Assembly (NCBI GenBank): GCA_963668315.1
Contig: OY764216.1
Coordinates: 4,448,001 to 4,512,000 of the forward strand
DNA from: Spirochaetia bacterium
Lineage (GTDB): Bacteria > Spirochaetota > Spirochaetia > DSM-2461
Length of the DNA: 64,000 nucleotides
Direction: 5' to 3'
Below are positions 30,513-39,710 of this stretch, in pieces; the first letter of the stretch is position 1, and the number at the start of each line of letters is the position of its first letter. A program made the position numbers and the translations under genes. The notes under the pieces are model-generated. The model was not told the origin of the DNA and did no database searches. It was given only the letters and a program-made list of their open reading frames with translations.

Positions 30513-32154
30513 AATTAAAGTAAACATCTGGTCTTCTTCAACTCTGGGGCTGCTGGTCTTATACTCCATATTTCTCATCATACCGCTTATCGTGCTCCTC
30601 TCCGATTCCTTTATAGATTCGAGGACCGGCCAGTTTACGCTGGCCAATTTCCAGAGATTCTTCCAGAAAAAGTACTACTATTCTACCCTGTTCAACTCTT
30701 TCAAGGTTACGGTTCTCGTTACTCTTATCGCTGTAACTCTGGGAACCGTTCTCGCATATTTCTTTGCCCGTTTTAAGATAAGAGGAGCGAAAACACTTCG
30801 AATCCTGATTATCCTATCCAGTATGTCCGCCCCCTTTGTCGGTGCCTACTCCTGGATTCTGTTATTGGGCCGGAACGGGGTTATAACCAGGTTTTTTGAA
30901 AATCTTTTTGGTATAGCCATGCCTGATATCTATGGCTTCAGAGGGATTCTGCTCGTTCTGTCCTTGCAGTTATATCCTCTTATTTTCTTATATGTTTCGG
31001 GAGCATTATCCAACGTGGACAACTCCTTACTGGAGGCATCGGAAAATCTGGGTTGCACTGGCGTTAAAAGATTCTATAAAGTGATCATACCGCTGATTTT
31101 CCCAACCGTTTTAGCGGGTGGACTACTTGTGTTTATGAGGTGCTTCAGCGATTTTGGAACACCCATGCTGATCGGTGAAGGTTACCGAACATTCCCCATA
31201 ACGATCTACGATGCCTATATGTCGGAATTGGGCGGAAACAGCGGATTCGCAGCAGGGATCGCCATAATCGCGATCATTCTCACCCTGTTCATCTTCCTTA
31301 CCCAAAAGTGGATTTCAGAAAAACACTCTTTTACCATGAACAGCATTAATAAGATAAGACCAGTGAAAATCCATGGAATACGCAACTTGTTCATTCATAT
31401 TTTTGCTTATCTTCTGATCACCCTGTCCATAGCACCCCAGGTCTATGTAATTTACACATCCTTTAAAAAAGTCAATGGAACCGTATTTACAAGCGGATAC
31501 TCATTCGAAAGTTATTTCGAAGCTTTTTCCAAGATGGGAAGCGCCATAAGAAATACGATTATAATTCCTTTGACAGCCCTGTTTTTTGTTCTGGTAATTG
31601 CCATATTTATCGCTTATCTGGTAGTCAGAAAGAAATCGAAAATTACAGCCGTCATAGATACGGTGTCCATGATCCCCTATATAATACCCGGAATCGTTGT
31701 CGGTATCGCATTGGCAAGCGCCTTCAACCGCCCCCCTCTGGTTTTAACAGGCAGCATGACGATTATGGTCATAGCCCTTATCATCAGACGATTGCCTTAC
31801 ACCATCCGTTCAAGCGTCGCCACGTTAAGGCTCATACCTACGACTGTTGAAGAAGCGGCTCTTTCATTAGGGGCGAGCAATATCAAGACCTTCTGGAAAA
31901 TAACCATTCCCATGATGTCAGCCGGAATAATTTCCGGAGCAATTCTATCATGGATAACAATGATTTCTGAATTATCTTCGGCTATTTTACTGTACACCGG
32001 AAAAACCAGAACTTTAACAATAGAAATCTACACACAGGTTCTACGGGGAAATTACGGCGTCGCGGCCGCTCTAGCGACTGTTCTTACCTTACTAACAACT
32101 CTATCTCTCGTCGTCTTTAACAAATTCAATAAGGGACAGGATTTATCAATGTAA
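30499..32154 (+). CDS. ABC permease with two fused halves (AfuB/FbpB-like)
   Basis: Two EAA loops (LLEASENLG, VEEAALSLGA); DFGTPMLIG. Confidence 0.92.
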   Translation: MKNSKIKVNIWSSSTLGLLVLYSIFLIIPLIVLLSDSFIDSRTGQFTLANFQRFFQKKYYYSTLFNSFKVTVLVTLIAVTLGTVLAYFFARFKIRGAKTLRILIILSSMSAPFVGAYSWILLLGRNGVITRFFENLFGIAMPDIYGFRGILLVLSLQLYPLIFLYVSGALSNVDNSLLEASENLGCTGVKRFYKVIIPLIFPTVLAGGLLVFMRCFSDFGTPMLIGEGYRTFPITIYDAYMSELGGNSGFAAGIAIIAIILTLFIFLTQKWISEKHSFTMNSINKIRPVKIHGIRNLFIHIFAYLLITLSIAPQVYVIYTSFKKVNGTVFTSGYSFESYFEAFSKMGSAIRNTIIIPLTALFFVLVIAIFIAYLVVRKKSKITAVIDTVSMIPYIIPGIVVGIALASAFNRPPLVLTGSMTIMVIALIIRRLPYTIRSSVATLRLIPTTVEEAALSLGASNIKTFWKITIPMMSAGIISGAILSWITMISELSSAILLYTGKTRTLTIEIYTQVLRGNYGVAAALATVLTLLTTLSLVVFNKFNKGQDLSM

Positions 32155-32388
32155 GTCTGGGTTTTGATCTATTCTGTTCCCCATAGGGGTCTCTCAAATT
32201 CGACCAGACATGTATAGAGTAAACAACCGGTGGTCACAACGGAAGAATCTGTCCTTACGAGAGCATATGAAACATTTCCTTACACTCCCCAAAAAACAAA
32301 ATGATTAATATGTCACTTTGATATATACTATTATGAATAAGAATCGACCATACCTGAGAAACAATATACTTAGACAGCCAATCCTTAG

Positions 32389-33252
32389 ATGAGGTTAAGA
32401 ATGATCAAGAAATCATGCATCGGATTCGTGTTTTTTTTACTGCTACAGGTAATCCAGACGGCTAGCGCCCTCGATGTCATCGTCCCGGTAAAGTCTGAAT
32501 ACGAAGCACGCCATGAGTACCCTCTCGCCCTCTTGAAGTTTGTCTTAGACAAGAGCGGAGTAGATTATCACATCAGCTACTCAGACACCGGGGTAACAAC
32601 TCAATCCCGGCAAATAGATCTCTTGAAGCAAAATCGTATCAATATCGTCTGGTGTGGAACGTCTGCAAATCTGGAAAGAGAGCTTGTTCCCATACGATTC
32701 CCCATATGGAGAGGATTACTCGGTTACCGTGTATTCATTATCAACAAGAATAGGCAGGAAGCTTTTAACAAGGTAAAAACCCTTGAAGATTTACAACAAT
32801 TTACCGGCGATCAGGGTCTCGGCTGGACAGATGTCCAGATCCTGGAAAATTCCGGCCTGATGCAGCATGAAACACGATACGATCTGATTTTTGCCAAAGT
32901 GAACGGAAATCATTCTGATTATTTTGCCAGAGGCATAACCGAAGGATTCACCGAGGTAGAAGTACGTAAAGAAAAGTTTAACAACCTCGCAGTTGAACAG
33001 CATATTCTTTTGGTTTATCCCTTTGCCGGTTTCTTCTTCACCAATAAAGAAAATTCAGAACTGGCCCAGGCTTTGGAAAAGGGATTTCAGGAATCCTATG
33101 CCGATGGAAGTTTCCTTGAATTCTTCTATAATTATCCAGTGGTTGATAACGTTATTAAACAGGCCCATCTGGATAATCGGGTTAGAATCGATATTCCCAA
33201 TCCATTAATGACAGCCGAAACCCTGGCAATTCCCGACGAGTATTGGCATTGA
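32389..33252 (+). CDS. Orphan extracytoplasmic solute-binding protein (family 3-like)
   Basis: Signal peptide; PIRFPIWRGLLGYR, QGLGWTDVQIL and DYFARG motifs. Confidence 0.7.
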   Translation: MRLRMIKKSCIGFVFFLLLQVIQTASALDVIVPVKSEYEARHEYPLALLKFVLDKSGVDYHISYSDTGVTTQSRQIDLLKQNRINIVWCGTSANLERELVPIRFPIWRGLLGYRVFIINKNRQEAFNKVKTLEDLQQFTGDQGLGWTDVQILENSGLMQHETRYDLIFAKVNGNHSDYFARGITEGFTEVEVRKEKFNNLAVEQHILLVYPFAGFFFTNKENSELAQALEKGFQESYADGSFLEFFYNYPVVDNVIKQAHLDNRVRIDIPNPLMTAETLAIPDEYWH

Positions 33253-33384
33253 AAAGAGAACCATGATATCGTTTACAGCAAGGGAATATCAGATAATGAG
33301 AAGAAATTCAGCAATATTATTCAATAATTTATAGGGAATGCTCGTTATTCTACTCTTGAAAGATGAATTATTCATAGGAGAGTA

Positions 33385-33774
33385 TTGATGAACGAAATGA
33401 GTATTACGGAAAACATTGCTAATGGACAAATCCACTACATTGATCAAACTTCTGAGATCTCTGGAATCAAATGGGAAAAACATCCGAGCTTCAAAGGTGT
33501 CTATATGAAGAAAATGATCACCGGTGCAGAAACAGGCGGTTTGTTCAGTGCGCTCTTAATAAAATTAGATCCGGAGAGCTGTCTCGAACTCCATTGTCAT
33601 GAAGAACAAATGGAACTGCATGAAGTCATGGCAGGAGACGGCACCTTCCAGCTCCTCGATAAGACATATGATTACCACTTAGGCAAATTTGCTCTTATTC
33701 CGAAAAAGAAGAATCACATGGTTCGGGCAGGGAAAAGCGGTTTGACTTTATTTGCTATATTTTTCCCTGCATAA
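33385..33774 (+). CDS. Cupin-domain protein
   Basis: HCHEEQMELH..G.G and PKKKNHMV cupin motifs. Confidence 0.85.
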   Translation: MMNEMSITENIANGQIHYIDQTSEISGIKWEKHPSFKGVYMKKMITGAETGGLFSALLIKLDPESCLELHCHEEQMELHEVMAGDGTFQLLDKTYDYHLGKFALIPKKKNHMVRAGKSGLTLFAIFFPA

Positions 33775-33812
33775 GTGGAAGAATTTAACCGGGTATAAAG
33801 GGGTGATAATTC

Positions 33813-34661
33813 ATGAATATTAAACAGGAAATCATAAGATCATTCAGAATTCCCTTCATACCCGAAGTTGAAGCCGTGATTGGGAATAATATCAGCAATG
33901 ATTTTCGTCGTCATATTCATGATACATACATCATTGGTGTTGTAAACCAGGGAGACCGTATCATTTCACTTAGCGACTGTACGGTCTCAATTTCTGAAGG
34001 AGAACTGTTTTTAATTCATCCCGGACAGGTTCATTCCTGTAAACCTAAATCCTCAGCCAGACACTCCTACATGCTTCTGAGCATCCCCTCTTCTACAGTG
34101 CAATCAATAGCGTCACAAATAACCGAAAAACATGAAGAGTGTCCAGAGTTTTCATGTGTTCAAATTAAAGATAAGGAAGCGTCACAAAAAATGATAAAAC
34201 TGTTTTCCAGTATTATCCAGAAAACAAACGAATCGGGAATCCAGATTGAAAGCTTATTCTATGATTTTATTTCTTATCTGCTGATTTCATACTCTAAAGA
34301 ACAATTTTCAATTCCATCAATCCACAATCAGCATGAATCGATAGTACGGGCATGCCGGTATATTAGTGAGAACTATGGCAACAACCTATCTCTCAAAGAA
34401 ATAGCTTCTGTCGCCTGCTTAAGCCCTTTTCATTTTCAAAGAGAATTCAAGAAAGACCGGGGAATAACACCGCATGAATATTTGAACGATGTAAGGATTC
34501 GGGAATCACAAAGACTCCTGTTGAAAGAAATGGATCTAAAAGAGATTGCTTATAGACTAGGTTTTTCTGATCAAAGTCACTTTACAAGGATTTTCAGGAA
34601 AACGGTTGGCGTGACTCCCAAGAATTATAGGCTGAATAATTATGAGAACGAAGTGGAATGA
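33813..34661 (+). CDS. AraC-family regulator with ligand-binding cupin domain
   Basis: RHIHD..IHPGQVH; LSPFHFQREFK..GFSDQSHFTR. Confidence 0.93.
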   Translation: MNIKQEIIRSFRIPFIPEVEAVIGNNISNDFRRHIHDTYIIGVVNQGDRIISLSDCTVSISEGELFLIHPGQVHSCKPKSSARHSYMLLSIPSSTVQSIASQITEKHEECPEFSCVQIKDKEASQKMIKLFSSIIQKTNESGIQIESLFYDFISYLLISYSKEQFSIPSIHNQHESIVRACRYISENYGNNLSLKEIASVACLSPFHFQREFKKDRGITPHEYLNDVRIRESQRLLLKEMDLKEIAYRLGFSDQSHFTRIFRKTVGVTPKNYRLNNYENEVE

Positions 34662-34828
34662 TATCCGCGCTTCGAGAAACAAGATGAGAAAATCGATACC
34701 ACATAAATCAACGTATTTATATAACATATTGCCCATTATGCGGTACCTGCAAAGCGGTGAGTAAAATAGAAACTTTTCCGGATTAAGCAGAAATTCCCCA
34801 CCATTCCAGGACCACAAGAATTTCCAAT

Positions 34829-34861
34829 TGGCGTCAATACTGGCGTCAATACTGGCGTCAA
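34829..34861. repeat. Three TGGCGTCAA direct repeats with a 12-bp period
   Basis: TGGCGTCAA-TAC-TGGCGTCAA-TAC-TGGCGTCAA read directly from the sequence. Confidence 0.85.
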
Positions 34862-34931
34862 GGTCTTTTCAGAAACAGCCCCCGCTTTATCCCCATCAAC
34901 ATAATCCCATGCATTATAAGGGCATAGACAT

Positions 34932-34961
34932 AAAAAAAGCACTCCGAAACGGAGTGCTTTT
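34932..34961 (-). terminator. Terminator hairpin downstream of the tRNA remnant
   Basis: AAAAGCACTCCG-AAA-CGGAGTGCTTTT with a 7-T run on the minus strand. Confidence 0.85.
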
Positions 34962-34962
34962 G

Positions 34963-34986
34963 TGGGCCCACAAGGACTTGAACCTT
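34963..34986 (-). other. tRNA 3'-end remnant (T-arm + acceptor strand), probable att site of a genomic island
   Basis: Minus strand AAGGTTCAAGTCCTTGTGGGCCCA: GTTCAA T-loop with AAGG/CCTT stem and acceptor strand TGGGCCC-A; no 5' half adjacent. Confidence 0.8.
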
Positions 34987-35332
34987 ATTTCAGGGTTTCC
35001 AGGGCTTTCCCGGAATTCACATTATTTCCTTATATTTAAACATTTTATATGATTTTAAAAAGCCTAATAATTCCTATATTTTCCCATATGCATACTTGGG
35101 TTTGCTTTAAATTCTGGTTTAAATTCTATGGATATTCTCATTTTCAATTTTTCAACAATAGGAAAAGAGAGATTTGATATAACATCATTATCAGCTCAAA
35201 AAATAATAATCAATTATCTGTCTATTCCTCAAACTTAATATTTACCTCTTTAGTTAGCTCAACATCTGAAGGTAAACGTGATATAGTCCTCCCTAGAAGT
35301 TGTACTGCTCCTAAATTAATTATTGCTGTATA

Positions 35333-35623
35333 ATGACAGCAGAAGGAGTACAACAGATGAGGAAGAAATGGAGCGATGCTGAGAAAGCGAACATTGCCCT
35401 CATGGCTCTCAAGGAAGAGAAGACTATCAGCGAGATTGCCCAGGAGACGGGAGCCCATCCAAACATGATTTCCAAATGGAAGAGAGAGCTTCTTGAAAAT
35501 GCCGATTCCGCCTTTCGTAATGGGAAATCGGAAAACGAAAGGGATTTGGAAAAGGAGCGAGATGAACTGTACAAGCAGATTGGAAAGCTTCATGCAGAGA
35601 ATGATTTTCTAAAAAAAACTTAA
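35333..35623 (+). CDS. IS3-family OrfA
   Basis: HTH (KTISEIAQETGAHPNMISKWK), coiled coil, A-run at the 3' end. Confidence 0.85.
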   Translation: MTAEGVQQMRKKWSDAEKANIALMALKEEKTISEIAQETGAHPNMISKWKRELLENADSAFRNGKSENERDLEKERDELYKQIGKLHAENDFLKKT

Positions 35624-35648
35624 AGAAAATGGGGCTCCTGTAAAATCA

Positions 35649-36439
35649 ATGATTGAACCGGAGAGGAAGGATTTAAGCATATCCCGGCAATGCCGTCTCT
35701 TAGGAAAAAGCCGAAGCTGGTTTTACTATGAAGAACAGCATGATCCCAAACAGGTTTACTGGGACAATCTTGAAAAGAAAAAAATCAGGAAACTCTGGGA
35801 AAAGCATATTTTCTATGGATACCGACAGATTTATTCCCATCTTGATAAGAATCTTGGCCATGAAACATCTCCTAAACGGGTTTACAGGCTTATGAAGGAG
35901 TTAGGCATTAAAGCGGTCATTCCCAAGAGATGTCTTTCCAAACCGGGTAAAAACCATAAGAAGTATCCCTACTTACTCCGTAATCTTGAAATAACTCATT
36001 CTAATCAGGTTTGGGCTTCTGATATTACCTATGTTGGCCTACCCGGAGGAATTGTCTATGTAGTCGCTATCATTGACCTATACAGCCGGAAAATCCTCTC
36101 CTGGAATGTGAGTAATACGATGGATACGGCATTCGTCATGGAAGCTCTGATGCACGCAATGATGAATTATGGTTTGCCGGAAATATTCAATACGGATCAG
36201 GGGAGTCAATTTACCAGTCAGGAATTCACTTCTCTTCTGGAAGGAGAAATGGTTCGCATCAGCATGGATGGAAAAGGCCGTGCTTTAGATAATATTTATA
36301 TTGAAAGATTCTGGAAGACTTTGAAGTATGAAGACATTTATCTATACCGGTATGATTCACTGAAGAATCTCCGGAAAGGATTGCAACAATACTTCAGATT
36401 TTATAACACGGAAAGGCCCCATCAGAGCTTGAATGGGAA
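35649..36439 (+). pseudogene. IS3-family OrfB transposase, cut near its C-terminus by IS256
   Basis: WASDITY, NTDQGSQF, DNIYIERFWKTLK and YNTERPHQSL motifs. Confidence 0.9.
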
Positions 36440-36476
36440 GATAAAGCAACCCTTTTGTCTGTAAAATCAGAAAAAG

Positions 36477-37640
36477 TTAATCAGTCCCCAGATTCAAATA
36501 TCGCTTACCTGTAAACCATTGTTCATCAATTTCCATTAGTAGCGCCGATACGAGTCTATCTACCGATTCCTTATTTGGGAATATCATGGCTACTCTCGTC
36601 CGCCTTTTTATTTCTCTCATCTGACTCTCTGCCAAGTTTGATGTTCTTAACCGTTTCCAATGGGCCTTGGGCATTTTGAATACGGTAAGTGATTCGGGTA
36701 CATTCGATTCCATCCAGCTGCTCAGATCTGGTGCCGACTTCTCATATTTTTTCACTGCCATCGAAAGGAAACGTACAGCTTCTTCTCCGTTAGGAGCATC
36801 AAAAATCGTTCTTATGTCTTCAGCGACCTCCTTTTCCATACTCTTCTTCGGTACGTGATGACCTGCATTTTGCTGCAAATGAAACTGGCATCTTTGCCAG
36901 GGAACCGTCGGGAAGACGGCTTCAATCGCTGATCTCAGACCGCTATGTGCATCGGAAGTTATCATCCTTATCCCGTGTAATCCCCGGTCTACCAAGCCTG
37001 ATAGAAATTTTCTCCAATGAACATCCGCCTCGCTGAGCTCTGTTGATACTCCAATAACCCGTCTCATCCCTTGATTATCTACCCCATAGGCAATTAGGAC
37101 AGCAGCCGAAACAACTGTTCTATCAACTCTTGTCTTCTCATAGGTCGTATCCAGAACTAGGTATTGATACGATCCCAAGGGACGATCTCCCCATTTAGAG
37201 ATCTCTTCATCAAGCAGGGAGGCGGCTTCGGATACCTGTGATTGGGATACTTCAAACCCACATAGCTCCTCAACAATCCGCGTTACCCGTCTGGTCGATA
37301 CGCCTTGAATGTACATCTGGGCAATAGCCATTTTCAAAGCTCTTTCACTGCGACAACCCTTCTCGATGCTGCTAGGGTAAAATTCCATATTCCGAACCTG
37401 GGGAATCTCTATCGGGATTTCTCCCACCCGTGTACGGATCGTTCTGCTTTTATACCCATTCCGCTGTCCCAAACGATCATCATTCCGTTCGTAATGACTG
37501 GCTTGAATGGCCTTCTCCTGTTCTAACCGCATGGTTAATTTCATTATTGAACTTATGACTTTGGTTAATCCTTCTCTATTATCTGTCTTGAGGTCTTCAA
37601 TCATTTGATCGAAAACGCTATAGTAATCCTCGTTAGTCAT
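36477..37640 (-). CDS. IS256-family (Mutator-type) transposase
   Basis: RNGY, GVSTRRV, SDAHSGL, WQRCQFH and RTSN..E..REIKRRT motifs. Confidence 0.95.
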   Translation of the reverse strand: MTNEDYYSVFDQMIEDLKTDNREGLTKVISSIMKLTMRLEQEKAIQASHYERNDDRLGQRNGYKSRTIRTRVGEIPIEIPQVRNMEFYPSSIEKGCRSERALKMAIAQMYIQGVSTRRVTRIVEELCGFEVSQSQVSEAASLLDEEISKWGDRPLGSYQYLVLDTTYEKTRVDRTVVSAAVLIAYGVDNQGMRRVIGVSTELSEADVHWRKFLSGLVDRGLHGIRMITSDAHSGLRSAIEAVFPTVPWQRCQFHLQQNAGHHVPKKSMEKEVAEDIRTIFDAPNGEEAVRFLSMAVKKYEKSAPDLSSWMESNVPESLTVFKMPKAHWKRLRTSNLAESQMREIKRRTRVAMIFPNKESVDRLVSALLMEIDEQWFTGKRYLNLGTD

Positions 37641-37760
37641 GATGCCTTCTTTTCTTTTTTGGTCGAAATAATCGAAGACTGATTGGCTAACTTTTTCAAG
37701 CCCCCTTCTTTATCAATTTACAGACACTATTGAACCGCCCCGGGTTTTCCGGAGACTGTT

Positions 37761-38669
37761 TTATTTGAGTCCGACTACTTCAGTCGAATCTTCCACACTT
37801 CTATAATACAACATTTCATACTCTTTTGGGGGAATATCTCCAATTGGTTCCAAAAGTCTCCGATTGTTGAACCAGTCCACCCATTCCAGAACGGCAAATT
37901 CTACTTCTTCCATTGTCTTCCAGGGTCCTCGTCTCCAAATCACCTCCGCCTTAAATAGACCGTTTATTGTTTCAGCCATAGCTTTATCATAGGAATCTCC
38001 AACACTGCCGACAGAAGGAGCTATTTCTGCTTCAGATAAGCGTTCTGAGTACTTTATTGAAAGATACTGACTACCTCGATCACTATGGTGGATAAGATTA
38101 TTGCCAGGGGATCGAGCGAAAATTGCCTGCTCCAGGGCATCCAAGGTCAAATCTGCATTCATAGATCGTGAAACCCGCCAGCCTACGATCATACGGGAGA
38201 AAACATCCGTCACAAAGGCAACATAGACAAACCCTTTCCAGGTGGAGACGTACGTGAAATCGGCCACCCAAAGTTGATTGGGGCGACTGGCTCTGAACTC
38301 ACGGTTAACCAAATCTAGAGGACGATCTGCTTTATCTTCAGGAATAGTGGTTCTCACGCCTTTCCCTCGGATAACCCCACGTAAGCCCAAATCTCGCATT
38401 AAGCGCTCAACGGTACATCTGGCAACATAAATCCGTTCCCGGTTGAGCTGTTTCCAGATTTTATGGGCTCCGTAGACTTGCCAGTTTTCATTCCAGACAC
38501 GCTGGATTTCCTGTTTCAGAAACTCATCTTCATGAAAACGTTTTGGAGCTTTAGAGAGATCTTTTTCTCTAGCTTTCATTTCGTAATACGTGGATGGAGC
38601 GATCGGTAGATTTCTACAGATCGGCTCGACTCCATATTTTTTACGAAGCTTATCAACGAAATGAACCAT
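37761..38669 (-). CDS. IS3-family OrfB transposase
   Basis: WVADFTYV, HHSDRGSQY and DSYD..AETINGLFKAE motifs. Confidence 0.95.
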   Translation of the reverse strand: MVHFVDKLRKKYGVEPICRNLPIAPSTYYEMKAREKDLSKAPKRFHEDEFLKQEIQRVWNENWQVYGAHKIWKQLNRERIYVARCTVERLMRDLGLRGVIRGKGVRTTIPEDKADRPLDLVNREFRASRPNQLWVADFTYVSTWKGFVYVAFVTDVFSRMIVGWRVSRSMNADLTLDALEQAIFARSPGNNLIHHSDRGSQYLSIKYSERLSEAEIAPSVGSVGDSYDKAMAETINGLFKAEVIWRRGPWKTMEEVEFAVLEWVDWFNNRRLLEPIGDIPPKEYEMLYYRSVEDSTEVVGLK

Positions 38670-38989
38670 TACCTGTTTCGGCGGTCGAGCTCCGCCTGGG
38701 CGAAATATGCTGAAGCCTTTCTTAAAATATCATTGGCCTTCTTCAACTCCCTGTTTTCCCGTTCCAATTCTTTGATCCGGGCTTTATCATCAGTAGTAAG
38801 TCCTTCTCTTTTCCCGGAATCTTTCTCCTGCTGTCGTACCCATCGACGTAATGTTTCCGGGGTACAGCCAATCTTAGATGCAATGGATACAATCGCTGCC
38901 CATTGGGAGCCATGTTCCTCTGTACTCTCAAATACGAACTTGACAGACCTTGCTTTTACCTCTTGTGAATACCTAATCCGCTTTTCCAT
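38669..38989 (-). CDS. IS3-family OrfA
   Basis: SIASKIGCTPETLRRWV..ELKKANDILRKASAYFAQAELDR. Confidence 0.95.
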   Translation of the reverse strand: MEKRIRYSQEVKARSVKFVFESTEEHGSQWAAIVSIASKIGCTPETLRRWVRQQEKDSGKREGLTTDDKARIKELERENRELKKANDILRKASAYFAQAELDRRNR

Positions 38990-39139
38990 GACACTATCCT
39001 CTCACATAATTGTGTCTCCGGAAAACCCGGGGCGGTTCACTATTGTACACTATCAATGGGAACTCACCGAATGATGTTTATTACCAGGAATCTAACTTAA
39101 ATGTGGCATAAGGCTGTATTGACTTGGGGGAGCACTATA

Positions 39140-39695
39140 TCTTCACCTTGGGATACTTCATCTTAATAACTCGCAATTGATCTGTCGTTAATGAATCCAG
39201 CATTAAGTCTCCCGTATCCAGAGTAACCGGCCAAGGTTCTATCGTCTCATAATTCAAATGGAGATCGGCAAGGTCACGGCCTGCTTTAGAGAAAGCTGTG
39301 AATCGATCATACCCTTTGACCGCAGGGATTCGAGGGAGTTCCTTGGTCAGGTTCTCTGCATAATGATTCCGATACTCCGGGGAGTGTAGGATGCCGTAGA
39401 TATAGTAGAATAAATCTTCCTTGGTGAGAGACTCTCCCGGATAGGTTAACTGGAAATGATCTAAGCCTGAATCGTTGACTCCTTCTTTCTGTGTGTAGCC
39501 AGAATCATTGCTTAAAGATACAGAGAAAAGTTGACCCGATAATGTTTCTTCCTTCTCATAAATTTAAAGAGGGAAGTGTTCGGCGGCAGCTGGTCCTTGT
39601 TGAATGCTACAGATGATATTACTTATCCAACAACTGAATGGGATAGATGCACCTGCACCTGTAACCCATATTAGTATATTGTCTTGTGTATCAGA
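39140..39695 (-). pseudogene. Fragment of a Type ISP (LlaGI/LlaBIII-like) restriction-modification enzyme, C-terminal region
   Basis: Manual translation (absent from the ORF track): ..HFPL*IYE..LTKEDLFYYIYGILHSPEYRNHYAENLTKELPRIP..FSKAGRDLADLHLNYETIEPWP..KMKYPK; internal stop near 39565; cut by IS3. Confidence 0.8.
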
Positions 39696-39710
39696 GACTC
39701 ACCGGATCCA

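Larger units (their letters stand above)
37731..39039 (-). mobile_element. IS3-family element (IS51/IS629-like), 1309 bp, apparently intact
   Basis: Perfect 26-bp IR TGAACCGCCCCGGGTTTTCCGGAGAC; 4-bp TSD CTAT at 37727-37730 and 39040-39043. Confidence 0.95.
36440..39054 (-). mobile_element. IS256-family element, itself interrupted inside one terminal IR
   Basis: Ends GATAAAGCAACCCTTTTGTCTGTAAA and reconstructed GATAGTGTACAATAGTGTCTGTAAA; 8-bp TSD AATGGGAA at 36432-36439 and 39055-39062. Confidence 0.92.
35282..39139 (+). mobile_element. IS3-family element (outer), interrupted by IS256
   Basis: Imperfect IRs TATAGTCCTCCCTAGAAGT and (reverse complement) TATAGTGCTCCCCCAAGT; orfB resumes after 39062 as NSPNDVYYQESNLNVA*. 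Confidence 0.85.

Noticed and set aside
34829..34861. Possible CRISPR array or coding repeat (LTPV x3 in ORF 34736-34942)
   Set aside because: The unit is only 12 bp with identical linkers and there are no cas genes; the small ORFs over it have no support.
34963..34986. Intact tRNA gene
   Set aside because: Only the T-arm and acceptor 3' strand are present; the adjacent sequence cannot form D or anticodon arms.
35222..35593. 123-aa minus-strand ORF
   Set aside because: Mostly antisense to IS3 orfA; only the last ~19 codons outside the IS may be a real gene tail.
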